Below, piece after piece: positions 29,496-43,800 of a stretch of 64,000 bases of DNA. The notes under the pieces are model-generated. The model was not told where the DNA came from. It saw nothing but the letters and a program-made list of their open reading frames with translations, and made no database searches. The position numbers and the translations under genes were made by a program. The stretch covers positions 789,171-853,170 of the forward strand of contig JAQGDQ010000030.1 of the NCBI GenBank assembly GCA_030141605.1, read 5' to 3'. This stretch comes from Tubiluchus corallicola (Eukaryota; Animalia; Priapulida). Each line of letters starts with the position of its first letter. Within the stretch, counting starts at the first letter, position 1.

Positions 29496-29810
29496 CAAAA
29501 TTGTTCACAACCTCTAATTTACTTGTTTTCTTGGTGGCTATACTTGTAAAAGGTCAGGTAATAAATGTGAAAGGGTTCACTTGAAATCTCTGCTATTTTG
29601 TTTTATCATTTTTGAGCAGTGAGATATTATTTGGAAGTGATTTGTCTATCGGTGGTGTATAGTGCGAAGCTGGTTCATCTTTTTGCAGCCCAGAAATGCA
29701 TCAAAGCACAAAAAATAAAACAACGTTCATGTTAGTAACTAAAGCGATCAACTTACAAATTTGCTTTCAAACGATATCAGCACTTTGCTGAAATTAACTA
29801 ATATCATTAG

Positions 29811-30269
29811 CAGTGGTGGCTCGTAGCTAAGATTAGTGGGGGTGCTGCAAAATTGAAAATTTTTAGCCATTGCTTTAATACTGTGTAAAACGAAACAAAC
29901 GTAATTTTAATGTTGTAATTGAAATTTTAAACAAACTAATTTAAACATAACCTTGATAAACTCCTAAACAAAACATATTGTTTACTCACGAATAGCCTAA
30001 ATTATCGCAGTTGAAGAACATGCCGATACACGGCTTTTAAGCACGTGACAACTGGCAACAGTACTCTTTTTACCTAAGATACAGCATCTTATTGCTGCTT
30101 GTGCACAACAGCCAAACACCGCATTGCTTGGTCTGTGAAGCAAATTGTACTTCCCCCCACGCAAGTATAAAGAAAGAACTAAAGAAAAAAAAAATATTGA
30201 ATATTATTGATAATAATGAGTGAAAACGGGGGTGCTGCAGCACCACAGTACCTATACAAACTGCCACTG
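29811..30269. mobile_element. hAT-like MITE between RPL18A and the Zasp-like gene
   Basis: Ends CAGTGG / CCACTG, internal GGGGGTGCTGCA repeated, 8-bp TSD ATCATTAG / ATCACTAG (7/8). Confidence 0.7.
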
Positions 30270-31881
30270 ATCACTAGTTAATTAGATTATGACAGTCGCA
30301 GTCATAATCTAATTAATAAATTGCTTTCAAATGATTGACCAAGCTTTCAGAGCACATTACTGCTTTTTAAATGTCAAAAACCGTGATGGTTCTGGTAACA
30401 CTAAATTACAGGCTCTTTCGTTATTGATCAATTTCGCTACAAACATTACTCTCGTCTTTCATCATTCCGCCTTGGTGCTCATGCTCCAGAGTTATCAAGT
30501 GAGATGAACCCGAGTCCTTGGTCATCAACAGGCTGCTATAGACAAGTATCAAAACAAATGCAGCACGAAACTTTTCATAGACTTGGTTTGCTTTTTATTT
30601 GTTTTTCAACACGACTTATTAGAAAACAAATACAATCAGATCAACCAAAATTTGATAACATCTCAAATTCTCAATACATTTCATGTGCTATCTAAATAGA
30701 GGGCGATGCCTAAATCTTATGACTGAAGTTGTGGCTGTTAAAATTTGCATTCTTAAGTTTTACTTTGGACAATTGAGGTCATTTTGATTGGGAGTCACTG
30801 CTAAACTACTTTTACGAGTAATTAATGAATTAGCCAGTCCTTTTGTGAACATCCATTTTCTTTTATTAACAGATCATTTAAATTTTTTGTAAAAAGTGAC
30901 TGCATTGATTATAAATAACAACCACAAGTACATACTTGTCATACTTGAAACATTCCAGTAAATTGCAGAAAATCAAATATTATCGTCAGTATTATGTATA
31001 GCAAGCGTAATTAGTATTACATAAAACTAAGGCAGCTTTGGCTAATAGAAGACCTCGATCTCACAAACGACTCTAATCGTATACTTATATGTATGTATCT
31101 ACTTACCAGTTCCTAACTAGTTGACCAATCAGTTTCTATCTAAAACTCATTAAAATTTTTATTTACAAATGGTGATAACATTTGAGAGAGAGATCTTCAT
31201 CAATAAAAACTACACGAGCATAACAATTGACTTTCTATACTCATCAATTTATACCTAAGGACATTCAACAGCTGCCTACGAAGGACCATTTATAAGACAA
31301 TGGAGAAGTACCTCAAGATTCAGACATCACTTGCACATGAAATATCTGTGAAACACCATTATCATGCATACATAATCAGCAAAACTTGATAATAATTAAT
31401 TATAATAATAATAACTGATCTAAATGATCATGAATAAATATAAAACTTCCCAAAACAAGTCACACGTTAAAAGACACAATATAAAAAGTTCTACTGTCAG
31501 CCATTTAGAACTGAATGTTATACATAGATATCAATAATTGAAAATGTATCAAAAATTCCAAGATAAACACGTTTCTGTTCCTACTAAATTTTCCGAAAAC
31601 GGTGGTATCTAAGCTATTAGAAGTGGCCTGTAATTTGGAAATATATTTAGAAAGAATTTGTAATCAACTTTTTACAAGCACTAAATTCGTGAATAATAGA
31701 TAATGTTGCAGCTACATTATCGAAAAGCTGCAAGTGTGAATACATCAGAAATTTTATCCTATATTTTCTGTTTTCAAAAATTTATGGAAATGTCTTATTG
31801 AAATTTAAGATTTGTTACCAAATTAGTAGATTCTTTAATGACAAATTCCAGAAAGTTACAACTATTTCGCAGCTGCAATGT

Positions 31882-34800
31882 TCAGTTGTTGAACATGTTC
31901 TGCAGTTCGCTGACGCTCTTAGACTGGTATGGCTCCTGTTCTTGCACTTGTAAAGCTCCCCCTGTATAGGCGACACCGCCAAACCGTCTCGTGTCTTCCT
32001 CCAACACAGCACGTGCCGTGGCACTTGGCACAAAATTACTGAAAAACGTAAGCCATCATTGAAAGTTCATAAATTTCGCAAGTGTCTTTAGTTTGCATGG
32101 CATCTTTAATACTGCTTTTCCTGCACTCTCTCTCATCTTATTTATTTAATTGTCCTTAAATACATTGATAAAGTGACTTCATTTCGCAAGTCTCTTGGGG
32201 ATTACGTAAATGTTCAGAGCTATCGATAAAAAAATTTTTGTTCCCAACCCACAGATTTTTGGATACTCACAAATTTTTATGGCCGAAACACCCAAAATTG
32301 GCTACCATAATCAATAATGTTGGCTGAGAATAAAGCAATTAAGCAAAAATCTAGAAGCACACACTATGATATTCTTTTGTCATAATTAACATTTCCAATG
32401 ATTAAAAGTGATACTGATTTTGTTAGTAACAATTGAATGATATAAATTTTGCTAGTAAAAAGTGAGCTCTTTTTTCTGTCATCTCAAGTTTTGACCGTGG
32501 TCTGTTGCTCTCTTTTTTTGTACAATTCCACTTTTAGGGTCAGTTTTGCCTAACTTTGAGTGAACCTATTGTGGATACTAGAGACAGACCTTTGTAGAAA
32601 AAAACTGTGAATCTCAACTATGCTTCCTCTTCACTAGACTGTTAGGTTTACAAAAAAACACTTATAATGTTCTATTGCAGCAGATGTCTATGATGTATTC
32701 CCAGGGAGAGAGAGAGAGAGAGAGGCCATTGATGATTTCACTGGTTGGTAAACAGCTCTTCACGTACATAGCGAACTGTTTTGTACATAGCACAATTTCG
32801 CGCATGACACTTAAGTGCAGTTTGGTCGGTACTTCATCCATCTTGAACGCAGTAATCTTATTAGTGTACGTGGTATTAATACACTTGACAGAAGAGTCTA
32901 AAATGCACGTTTATTGCTAAACTCACTTTTGGGAAAACAAAAATACAAAATTTTTATCAGACAATGCGCCTTCCAACTCAGGCACACAAAATGTCTGAAA
33001 CATACATTTTTTTCAGAAAAGGTAACACGGTAAAAGGTAATGAGTTATGAGTAAAAGTTATAAATTCCATTTTGTGCATTAATCTAATAGACTAGTAGGC
33101 ATAAAGGTTTACACAGATTCATATTAAAATGTTGGCTCTGCATTTCCATGGGTAAAAGATGTTTCAAAGTAAAATACATTTTATTATTTAAATATATTTA
33201 TGCAAGTGCTCAACTAATGCATTAAATAATAGAAGGGGAATAAAGGATCATAGTACATGTTAATACATAATACATCTTTGAATAATCTCACAAATTCTGT
33301 GATACCTAACCTAGTTTTTAGTGATGGTTAGTTGTTTCTAAATAATAAGAGGTAGAGCCTATTGTTAAAAATACAAACTGCGATTTCACACCACCAGGCA
33401 ATAATATTGTGTAAAACATGCAAATCTTTAAGAAACATTAGTAAAATTAAACTCTAATCACTCAGCAGAAAAGACATTCAAAATGGTTTCAAGCATTTTA
33501 CTTCAGATTGAGAAGTATTGACAGTTTTTGGCAAACTTGTCTTGCTCTTTTCTGGGGGAATTTTCCTGAAGTCTTGTTTGAACACATTAGTTTGTTTTAA
33601 AAATCTTCTTGCTTTCGCTTGATGTCACTAGCCTCTAAGCCTAAGATTTCGATCACGTACTGATATTGAAAACTATAGTGACGAACGTAAAATAATTGTA
33701 CGTGACGTAGCATTGCTCAATTTAAAAACTCTCATTAAACTGAATCTTCCTTCTACCTGATCCATTAGATTAATTTTATTAGAAGGTTTAGATTTCTACC
33801 GTTTATTGGCACCGTCGGTGTGCGTTTTGCTCTTCCAAAAGTAGCTAAAGTTTATTATACATTAAAAAGCATTCAACCTTTAATTTTTAACGAATATACA
33901 GTCAAACTCCATTATAGCGCCCCACTTTATAAGGCCAACCTCACTTAATGCCCAATTTTTTATCAAAACAGAATGCATACATCTGCTTAGACATTTGTGT
34001 ATTAACGCACCTCGTTATAATGCCTTTTTGCATTCCCAAAGTAGGCGGTATAAAAAGGTTGACTGTGCACTATAGTTTGCTATTTCTTACAGTGAATTTT
34101 TATCTACATTTCGTTTTATTGTAAAAAGATTGCATGTTAGCTCGAAAGCTAATCGTTAAGTTACTAGTGGCTAATATTTGTAGTAGGCAGCGAAATGTTA
34201 TCTGTTCTCATTTTGGTATTCTGAAAAAGCATCCTAGTGCACTTTTAATGAAAATTTGGGTGGTTGTGTACTATGTAGATCTCAGGCCTTCGCCTTTAGT
34301 GTTGCGTTTTATCAACATTTTCCTAAATTTTGATCAAGAAGGAGTCGTCGTAGTTATGAAATTATAATTGTCATGACATTAGCACAACAATAATGTCACC
34401 CAAAGTATCACCTCTCCGGAGGTCCGTTTACTGCCTGATCATTCGGTACGGCTGCAGCAGGCACAGCTGTAGCGCTGATAGCCCTGCGACAGAAAAACAT
34501 AAACTGCCTTTACGTGTTGCAAAGTACAAAATCACAAAAGCTAAGGCAACCTGGGGCAGGTGGTAAAATACAATCAATAGGAAATTCTGGCAAAGTCATT
34601 TTGTAAAAACGGAATCAGGCTGAAATTGGAAAAATATTAGGCTAAACAATGGCTGGCCTGTTACAGGATTATTTGATTTTAGATAAATGGTTAGCCTATG
34701 TCATTTGTTATTATTATAATAAAACATTTATAGCTCCTGCCAATAGTAATGAAAGCTAGCTGGTAAGATGACCATCCACTGGACAAGGTTAGACCAGGCA

Positions 34801-37800
34801 GCACAAACCAGAATTTAACCCGTATTTGAAACAACAAGTTCTTCTGGGCAGCTAAACAAAGCACTGAATATACACTATTTGAACATAACATTTTTGAAAG
34901 GAGTTTATGGCTATTATATTATCTTCATCATTTCTACATTTGACTTTGGCATCATGTTTGAAGACTGATTTGTTTAATAGCAGATACTGGCTTGCAATGT
35001 GCTTAACTGTAAAAAATATTTTTTTTTATTAAAAACATGCAACTTTGGCCTTTCTCTATGGATGATCATGTGCATTAATTGCAAGCACTGTATCACGAGC
35101 GAGATACTTCTACCAGCAACCATTATGCCAACCAAAACATCTTCAGAACATTACTAGCAAAATATGCAAGTTGCATCTATAATGGTATTAGTTACGACTG
35201 TATTTATTGTTCGCAAGTATTATGTAAAATAAAATATACCCCTGGCCTCCTACATCGTTAGACCTGAAAAATAAAAACACTTTTGTTAACAGACAGGAAA
35301 ATTTTTTGAATTCGCAAAGTATTATTATTTTTTCTAATTTTTGTTGCAGTGTTGTTGTGTTGTCGTTCATCAGACTCAATTAACGAAAGGAGCATCTATG
35401 GTCTGCAGTTAGTTACAGACTATTTTGTTGTATCTCAGTTAATCAAAAAATGTATTATCAAATTTTTGTCATCTGAAGCTAAACTTGAACTATGAACAAT
35501 GTATCTATGATTTGCTACTTACGTAGGCACAGGTCTGTATCCGGTCTGCCCTTCCATCGTATCGGCGACATTTTCAGCAGAGTACATGCCTAGGGGAGAG
35601 TTGTACTGTGCATGTACAATCCTCTTATTCTTGTCTTCAGTAGGGATGACAAATGGCTTCCCTCCAGGTGGTGGCTGTGAATTAGAAATTCTTGTAAAAT
35701 TGCTCTTGTGCTTATGATTATTATGCATAGTATATTTGCAAATACTGCACATTTACCCACTCCACTGCCAGCTTAATACTAGTTTTGTTTTACTTCTGAA
35801 GTTTGCATCTGCATAATATTGACTAAGACCCATCTGTTGACAAATAGCGGGCCAATGGTAGACAGCCTTGTTCTGGAGCTTTTTGACTAACTGGTGAACC
35901 TATGTACCACATGACAGTGAAATTGTTTCATATCACTTTCAATGCCAATGATTCGTTATATTTCTAATGGAATCTCTCTGCCTATCCCCCTCCCCCTCTC
36001 CCTCCCCCCTCCCCCTCCCCCTCCCCCCTCTATATATATGGATAATATAGATATAATTAATTCATAATTTCTAATTAACTCAAAGACGTGAAGTTATAAT
36101 GTTTAAAAAGTTTTTGTTTTAGTTAAAAATGGTAGACATTGCATGCACAAGACAAATAAAGTACTTATTAAAATAATTGCATTACAGAAATACGTACCGC
36201 AAATTTAACCGGTGGCGTGGCAGGTTGCTGATGATATGTAGGTGCCTGCGCAGGACGGAGGTTTTGCTGTCCCCATGGAGATACAGGCTGTTGAATGCTC
36301 ATTAGATGATCCTGCGAAAACACAGCATACACCAAATTTAACACAATGAATCTAGTAAACCAATAATGTTGATTCCAAATGATGGATGTTTAATAATTTA
36401 TACAATTGTTTAATCTAGTTCTAGTTCTATCAGTTTTAGTCATCAGAGCAGTCTGAATTAACTGCGCATCCTTTACACGCAACTGGGTGACATGGAAAAC
36501 GGTTAGGACAGAAATGGAAACAATTAATAGAAAAATCCACAAAAAAAAGAATTTGAGGAAAACGAGCTGTTTCAGTATACTGTTGCGTCGCTAACAAAAA
36601 TAATTCTTCTGAATCGTGGCACTTACTAAGTCTCCTGTTTTAATAAAATTAAATGATGTACTCTTTATTTTAATAAGGAACAAAAAAACTTAATGACGAC
36701 ACACCTACAAATATTGATACGAACACATTAGGAAGAAATATGGCCAAGATTCGGACTTTCATTTCTCATTTCTATCCTTAAATCTTAGCCAAGTGATGGC
36801 AGACCAGTGACTGGTGATTGACAGTTAACTCAACATATACAGGGTATATCAGAAGTCACTGATGCATTAAATTTTTTGGCAATTCTGTTTGTCAAATTAG
36901 ATGAAATATGAAAAGAACTATTGTATTGGTAGGCTTTGCTATTTCGTTACCTTCCTCAGGTTACGTCTACTAATGATTAACACGTGCATTTCCAACATCA
37001 GCAAGCTTTTCCGGTTAAATGTTTGCACAACAATTTCCAATTGTTATTTCGAGTTCACGAAGGACGCCAGGACGATTGAAGGTGCCTTGCTTATATATTG
37101 TGTCCGATATTACTGTATTATTACGTGTCAATCTGCTGTTTTTATTCTATATGGAGTTTGTCAAAGACAGACAAAAACACAAAGATAACATTTATTTGCC
37201 GTCGCTCATTTAACAGACAACATTAATAATAACGGTTGTTTAGAGCACGTACATTACAACAACACATGTAAGGATGCAACACACAGATAACATGTAGGGT
37301 TAAGCTAGACTCGAACTCAAGACTGTGTGATTGCAATTCGAAATACAGTATAACCACTCAGGCACAACAACCCAGTGCTTTGTCAAAATGCTCATTTCCA
37401 AATAGACGTTCAGTGTTTGCAATCATTTGTCAACTTTACAATGTCTGCTAAACTGTCATCTCATACAACCGTGCTTTAATTACCTGTCCCTCTGGTTCAC
37501 GGTTGACAACTTCCGCATGGCCAGCTCGCCTCTGCGCTGCCAAATAGGATCCAGTTGGATAATCCCATGTTGGCTTAACAGTTGGGTTGATCAATTGTCT
37601 TGTCCTGAATGGCTACAACACAGCAAGCAAAATCAAATACCAAATGAAATACAGTAAAATACTCTCAAAAAGACTACAATCAAACCTAGTTAATCCTCCA
37701 ACTTTGGAATTGCAAAAAAAATTGGCATTAAGTCGATTATAACAAGGTGCATTAACACATACATTCTATGTGTATATATAGACACTTTGTTTATGTATAT

Positions 37801-40800
37801 ACAGATATTTTGTTTTGTCAAAATGTGGGCGTTAAGCAAGGTTGGAGTTATAAAGTTTGTTCGACTGTACTAGTATAATTCACCATTTCAGCTTACAATG
37901 TCTAGAATGGATAAAATTGCCTGTAAAGTTAAATGCTTACTGTTAATTACAAAATACAACACAGTGACATTACCACGACATGTCTTCAAATCAAAATTCA
38001 GTAAACTAAATCAGTTATTATGTTACATGGAGCTGCCAGTAGAGTGTGTTTCTAACAAAGAATCCAGTGACACATGTATCTGTGAAAACAATTGTTGCAA
38101 TGTGTTGGTGCAAAACATAACCATCATTTTCAGCGACGTACTCCGTGTTTCTACTTTGTGAACAGTCGAAAAAGCTGAATTTTGCCTGCCAGGTATACCT
38201 CAGTTTCTTGAAATGGCTAAGTCTTCATACTTGCAGTATCATAGTACTTGTGAAAGATATTTGTGAAGACGAAATTGAACACTGGTATAAACAACTAAAC
38301 ACAAGATTAAATATTTGCACAAGAACTGAAACACTTTTATTGCACTAAATACACATGAGTAAAATGCACAAGTAGAATGATGATCACAACTGCTGCACAG
38401 CACTGTGTGTGTGACAGAGAGACAGTGTGTAACATGACTGCACTGCCTGAGACAGAGAGTGACTAGCAGTGAAATCTAGCCAGTTTATATATGTAGAGAA
38501 GTATGCAAGAACTGGGCTTCACATATCCCATTACAGAAAAATATTGGAACATACAATTGCATTAAGGGGTGAATTCAACTAGTAAATGTTTAAAGTAACT
38601 AATCAATAGATGGCAGCACCTAAATATACAGTTATAACTTTCACAGTACTATTGCAGTGTTAGAATGCTAACTTACAGTTCATCTAAATACTGCGTTGCT
38701 GGATATTTAACATAAATTATTTTGTAGTCAGCCAAATTTTCCTTTTTTCTCTATCCTGTACAAATAATAACTGTTGGTCTATGTTAATTTCTATTCCACC
38801 TTTCAAGTTTTCCGTCAAACTAGGCTTTCGGAGGACTTGCGGACACAATACGTTGTTGTAACTTTATTTAAATTATTTGCACTGTTGAAGTGTAATTGTA
38901 AATTTACATTATTTAGTACTGTAACATTGACTCTATTATGTGCTGTGTTATGCGGAATAAACGAATCTCCAATCTCCAATTGTGAAATAATCTAAACATA
39001 ATTGAAAAGTAAAAGGGTTCTTTAACCGTATGTGAGGCAATCTACAAAATGGAAATCAGATTGTTGCTTGTTAAGTAGCCATATCTAAAAATTACAAAAT
39101 CTAGAATTTAGTCTCAGACTTACTTGACATTGAATTGCCTCCTGTTCTCGGTGCTTCTCGGCTTTCACATCCCATAGTTCTTTCTTAGGGGCTACTACTC
39201 CACCATGAGGTCGCCGCGTGGTTGCGTAGTGAGAGGCGGGCACGGAAGAGGTGGGTCGGGAAGGCGAATAATGTTGTTGCTGATAACTGGGTTGGTAACT
39301 GGGTTGTGGTGAATAGCTATACTGTTGTTGGTAGGAGGGCGCTTGCGGCTGGTGGTAACTTTGCTGTGGACTGTGCTGTTAAAAATAATAGTCTTTCTTA
39401 GACTGTCACTTCAACTTATATTTAACATGTAGCAGATCTATACATGACACACGAATAGGTATGACAGTGGACCACTGTGGCTCACTTTACAAGCTTTATA
39501 TTCGCCAAGGAATTAATTCTGAATGTTTAAAGCTCTTGCTTGTTTGGTTTTGCTTGGAGTAAAAACAGATTTACCACAGGAATTTCCTGTATGGAATTAA
39601 ATAGGCAGTATCAGTTTTGGTTTCACGTTGAAAGACAAATTTAGTGCATTCTTTATTGCAACAACTTTTTCTTCTGACTGCTGTTAAAAGTGCACCAGCT
39701 TCTTTTAATTCATAATAATTTTCATACATGACAAGAGTAATTAGACACATAACTTATTGCACCTTTAAATGACAAACAACACATCTCGGTTTGCAATGCG
39801 CTGAGGTCTTACCGAGTGTTCTCTAGTTGTACCCACACATAGCACATTGCTAAATATTTTGTTAAAGGGAAAGAAAAAGCTATTCTAAAGTAAGTCCCGA
39901 AAAACTTCCCACAGAAAGTTATATTACTTTGCATTTAACTTATCTGTTTGAAAGACTGAACGACTTATGTAATTGGAAAAGAAAATTCTTAATAATTTAA
40001 ATATTCGTGCCACGTGCTATAACAGTACTGCATCGCCGTATCTGTGTGCACCACTCAATCATAAAAAAGAAAAACATTATCGATGTTATTGACGATATAA
40101 AGTAATTTTTACTTTTGCTTAGTGAAGATTGTACTACGAATGGCTCAGATTATTTTTTCAAACTTTACGCAATGTTATCTTAATTTATTCCAAAACGACT
40201 TACCCCCAAAATGGCTGCGCGTAACGGTCATCGCGAGAATTTAAATTTACAAGTTTTATACAGCGTTGTTGTTAGCGCAAGCCCTGCATGCAGTATGACA
40301 GCAGGTAAGTGATATAAAGTTTCAAGACTGATATTTCAAGCTTTATTTATGAAGAGTGTTTTCTTGTGCTTTAACCACATTGTCACGAATGTTTGGATCA
40401 AGACAAGTTGTGGAGCGGAGAACAATAACAGTTATGGACATAGTCATGCAGCTGTGATCTACGTGTTATAAACCCAGTACTTTATTTTTTACTACCCAAC
40501 CGCAAATTTTACCTGATAATTTGTTGAACCACCATAAGGTGAAGTGGGTTGTACAGGAGCTCCGTACTGGCCTGCTGCTCCAACCCTGTAAACCGTGAAT
40601 GTGAAAATCAAACGTTAATTTTCTATACAATGTTTAATAGTATGTCAAAGTATTATACTAACTGCTAGAGAGACGAATGAACAGTTTAATTCAATTTTTG
40701 TACAAAAATGTGCAAATGATTCAAATAATTAAAAAACGAAATTATTGGTTTGCATCTTAGCCCTACCTCATCAATTGAAAACATAACCCCTAAGAAATAT

Positions 40801-43800
40801 AAACAGTAATAATATAAACAATTATTCTGTTTTGCTTTGTGTGAACTTAACTTTTAAACATACGTTTAAAGTGCGTCAGTCTGAAGAAAACTGCATAGTG
40901 TATTAAATTAAATTTCATAATAAGTATCCGAATCTGAAAATGAAAATAGCACAGTTATTTCGCTGTCTTTAAAAGGTTCTAATTATGTACTTCTACATAT
41001 TTGGCAAGGTTATGACACAGATAGTTACGTAGTGGGCCTACATAACTTCGAAAATAAACAGAGAAAAAGAAAAATCTGCTGCTGCTTCATAAGCAGCATG
41101 GCATTGTTGGCACATACAAGTACAAATCAAGTGTGGTCTCTCGACAAAAAGTTGTAAGCGCATTCATCCAACGTGGCGATTGTTAAACCAGTGCTTGCAG
41201 CCAACGCACAACGCACACATGCGCTCTTAGTTTCACAAAGGCTAAAAGGCCCAAAATGGTTACCATTTGAGAAGGAACTATATTTATGTTGATTCTTACT
41301 AATAATTTCGTCGTTATTTTATTGGCCACGGAATTCAAAGTAGAGGAATCTTATGATACGACTGGATTACGAGCCACTGCCTATTCCTATAGTTCAAAAC
41401 ATCCAGTCCATATATTCGTGCGCCAATTGAACTTAGGGTATTATATGCTATCTGTCGAGGGATCACAGCATGCTTATTTTTCTTTCCTATAAATAACTAG
41501 CAGGAAGATACAGTCGCATACAGCTTTACACTTACAAACAATCTCAAACGAACCACTTTCAGCATTCCAGCTCTTTTATTCATCACGGTAGCTGCCGCAA
41601 AACATAAAACAGCACAGTAAATAGAGCTAAGCGTTAATTAAAACGGGTTGATACGATGTTTATTTGTGCGGAGAAGTTGGCAGAACGAGAAAAAGAAGCG
41701 CGAATTCTTCGCGTTTTTTGCTTAATAAAAACATCGAAAGTTTCGTCTGATACTTCGAGTTTTGCGTGCATATAGTGTACAATATAAATTTCAACAGGTC
41801 GCTTTCTTCCAAATTTCCTATGCAATAGCGTTTATGTAACGCATCTGATTACGATCTATTACTTCTTGTACATATTCGATACACCAAGTTGTTATTATAT
41901 AATAGGTCTAAACCTTTTTTGTGACTTCTGCTTCCTGTTCGATTTCTGTTTGGTGCAGAGAAGGTTCAGAAGACGGTATAACCCTTTAAGTATTTTGTGT
42001 ATCAATCTTTCGGATTTTTTCTTGTTGTAAGCATCATCTATAAATCTAGCGTGGGACAAAAACGCTAGGGACTTAGTGCCACTTGCCTTTAATGCGAAAA
42101 ACCAGCAAAAACCTTGTCAAAAACTCAGATGACCATAACTACTTTGAATAAATTGTTTTTAGGTGCATCTGTAATAAATATTTAGAATTTAGTCAAACTT
42201 AGGTGCATCTGAAATAAGTATTTAGAACTTAGTCAAACTTGTAGATGCCCGTATCTGTCAAAGAACTTCGTTTCTTACAGACACGTGAGATCCCTAAACG
42301 TAAAATGAAATACAAAACTAACATCAAGTTTGCTAAACAATGACACTTTCTTTTTATTTAATAATTATGATGTAGGACTGTAAACTGGATGAGCGATACT
42401 TGAAGCGAACTAGGTGCACCATTTATTTATGGTCCAAGGACCAGTTTGCGCCCATAAATACCTGGCTTGTACGCACCTTTTTACGCGAAGATTTAAATGG
42501 CTTCCAACTTTGCGGATAATAGCTTCTGCGTCATGGTGAGAAAGATTACGTCCCGTAATTCCCTGTATGGAGATGAGTTCATCCCCTCTGTGTAGTCCGC
42601 CTTCTGAAGGACTTCCAATAAACACCTTCACCAAACAATTACAACACAAAACACGTTATGCCATAATATTACAGCTGTACACTAGTATTTACTAAAAAAA
42701 TAATTATTTTTGTGGTATCACGACCAACAACCTGCTATAATTCAAATCATGGCTGCCCAATATTACGCCTAACACTGTTAGTAACATACAACCCTCCTGT
42801 CATGTTAGTTAATCAGCAGGCGAGGGTCGTTGACATCGGGAGACTTCGACGGAGCACATTTCAGTTTTTCATACTGAATGATGTTCAGTCCATCAAGTTC
42901 AGTCAGTGCCTAAGCTGGGTTTAAGTTACCGTGTAATACAGTGATCTTTGTCCCAAGCATCCTTTTCGTCATGTGTGATATTCGTAAATTGTCCTATATC
43001 AATAATAAGAACGGCATAATAATTATGTCAGAAGTCATCACCCTTTCCAAGACTGTCTGATTCTAACTGGTACATTCTAGATTTACTTGTCTGAAATATG
43101 TGTTAAAGATCAATAAATCTGTTTAGGCCAGTATTTTTTGGCGATGAAAATCTTTGGACTATAAGCTTCTTCGCCCATGTTCTACAGGAACCTAGCAGTA
43201 GTAGAGTAAGAAAAATTGTCCCGATAAAGTAATCATAAGCCACCAAAAATGACAGATCGGAGGGTGCTTGACATGTGTGAATGACTGTTGTTCAAGAACG
43301 ATACCACATAATGGCACATACCACTAGACACATGCAATAGTTCCTATTTTCTTCGAAGGAAATATCACCTTACTGAATATCCAAGAAAAGTTCAAAAACC
43401 TGAAAATCACAGACCCAGGTTTGCACAAACGTACCATTGACAACAAATCTATGAAATAGATTTTATGAATAGATGAGGAGTCTACAATCTCGCAAACGTA
43501 CTAAGGCTGCGTACAATATAGAGATTTTTAAAAAACGTTTGTTATTGAAATGAGTAGGATACTGATATCCACTTTTTATAAAACTCCATAGGACTTCACA
43601 TTGGAGTTTTCAAACTAAACGGGTACATCTTGAAACTTTGTCGTAACTATATGTTTGACATTTCGTCTCTTTCGAATACTATTGATCTAGCGTTATAGGC
43701 CTATTAGACTGGTGCATAACGCAATGAGACATCGGCATCAAATCTGTCTGTGTCGTCTGTAAAATTATTTTCGTGATTCTACTTGCAAATATTTGCTAGT

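Noticed and set aside
33502-33565. Extra minus-strand exon of the Zasp-like gene (KIPPEKSKTSLPK...)
   Set aside because: Weak acceptor, and its phase 2-0 would break the frame; exon 8 joins the last exon directly.
37300-37370. Functional tRNA
   Set aside because: A and B boxes are present, but the acceptor and anticodon stems do not pair; treated as a SINE head.
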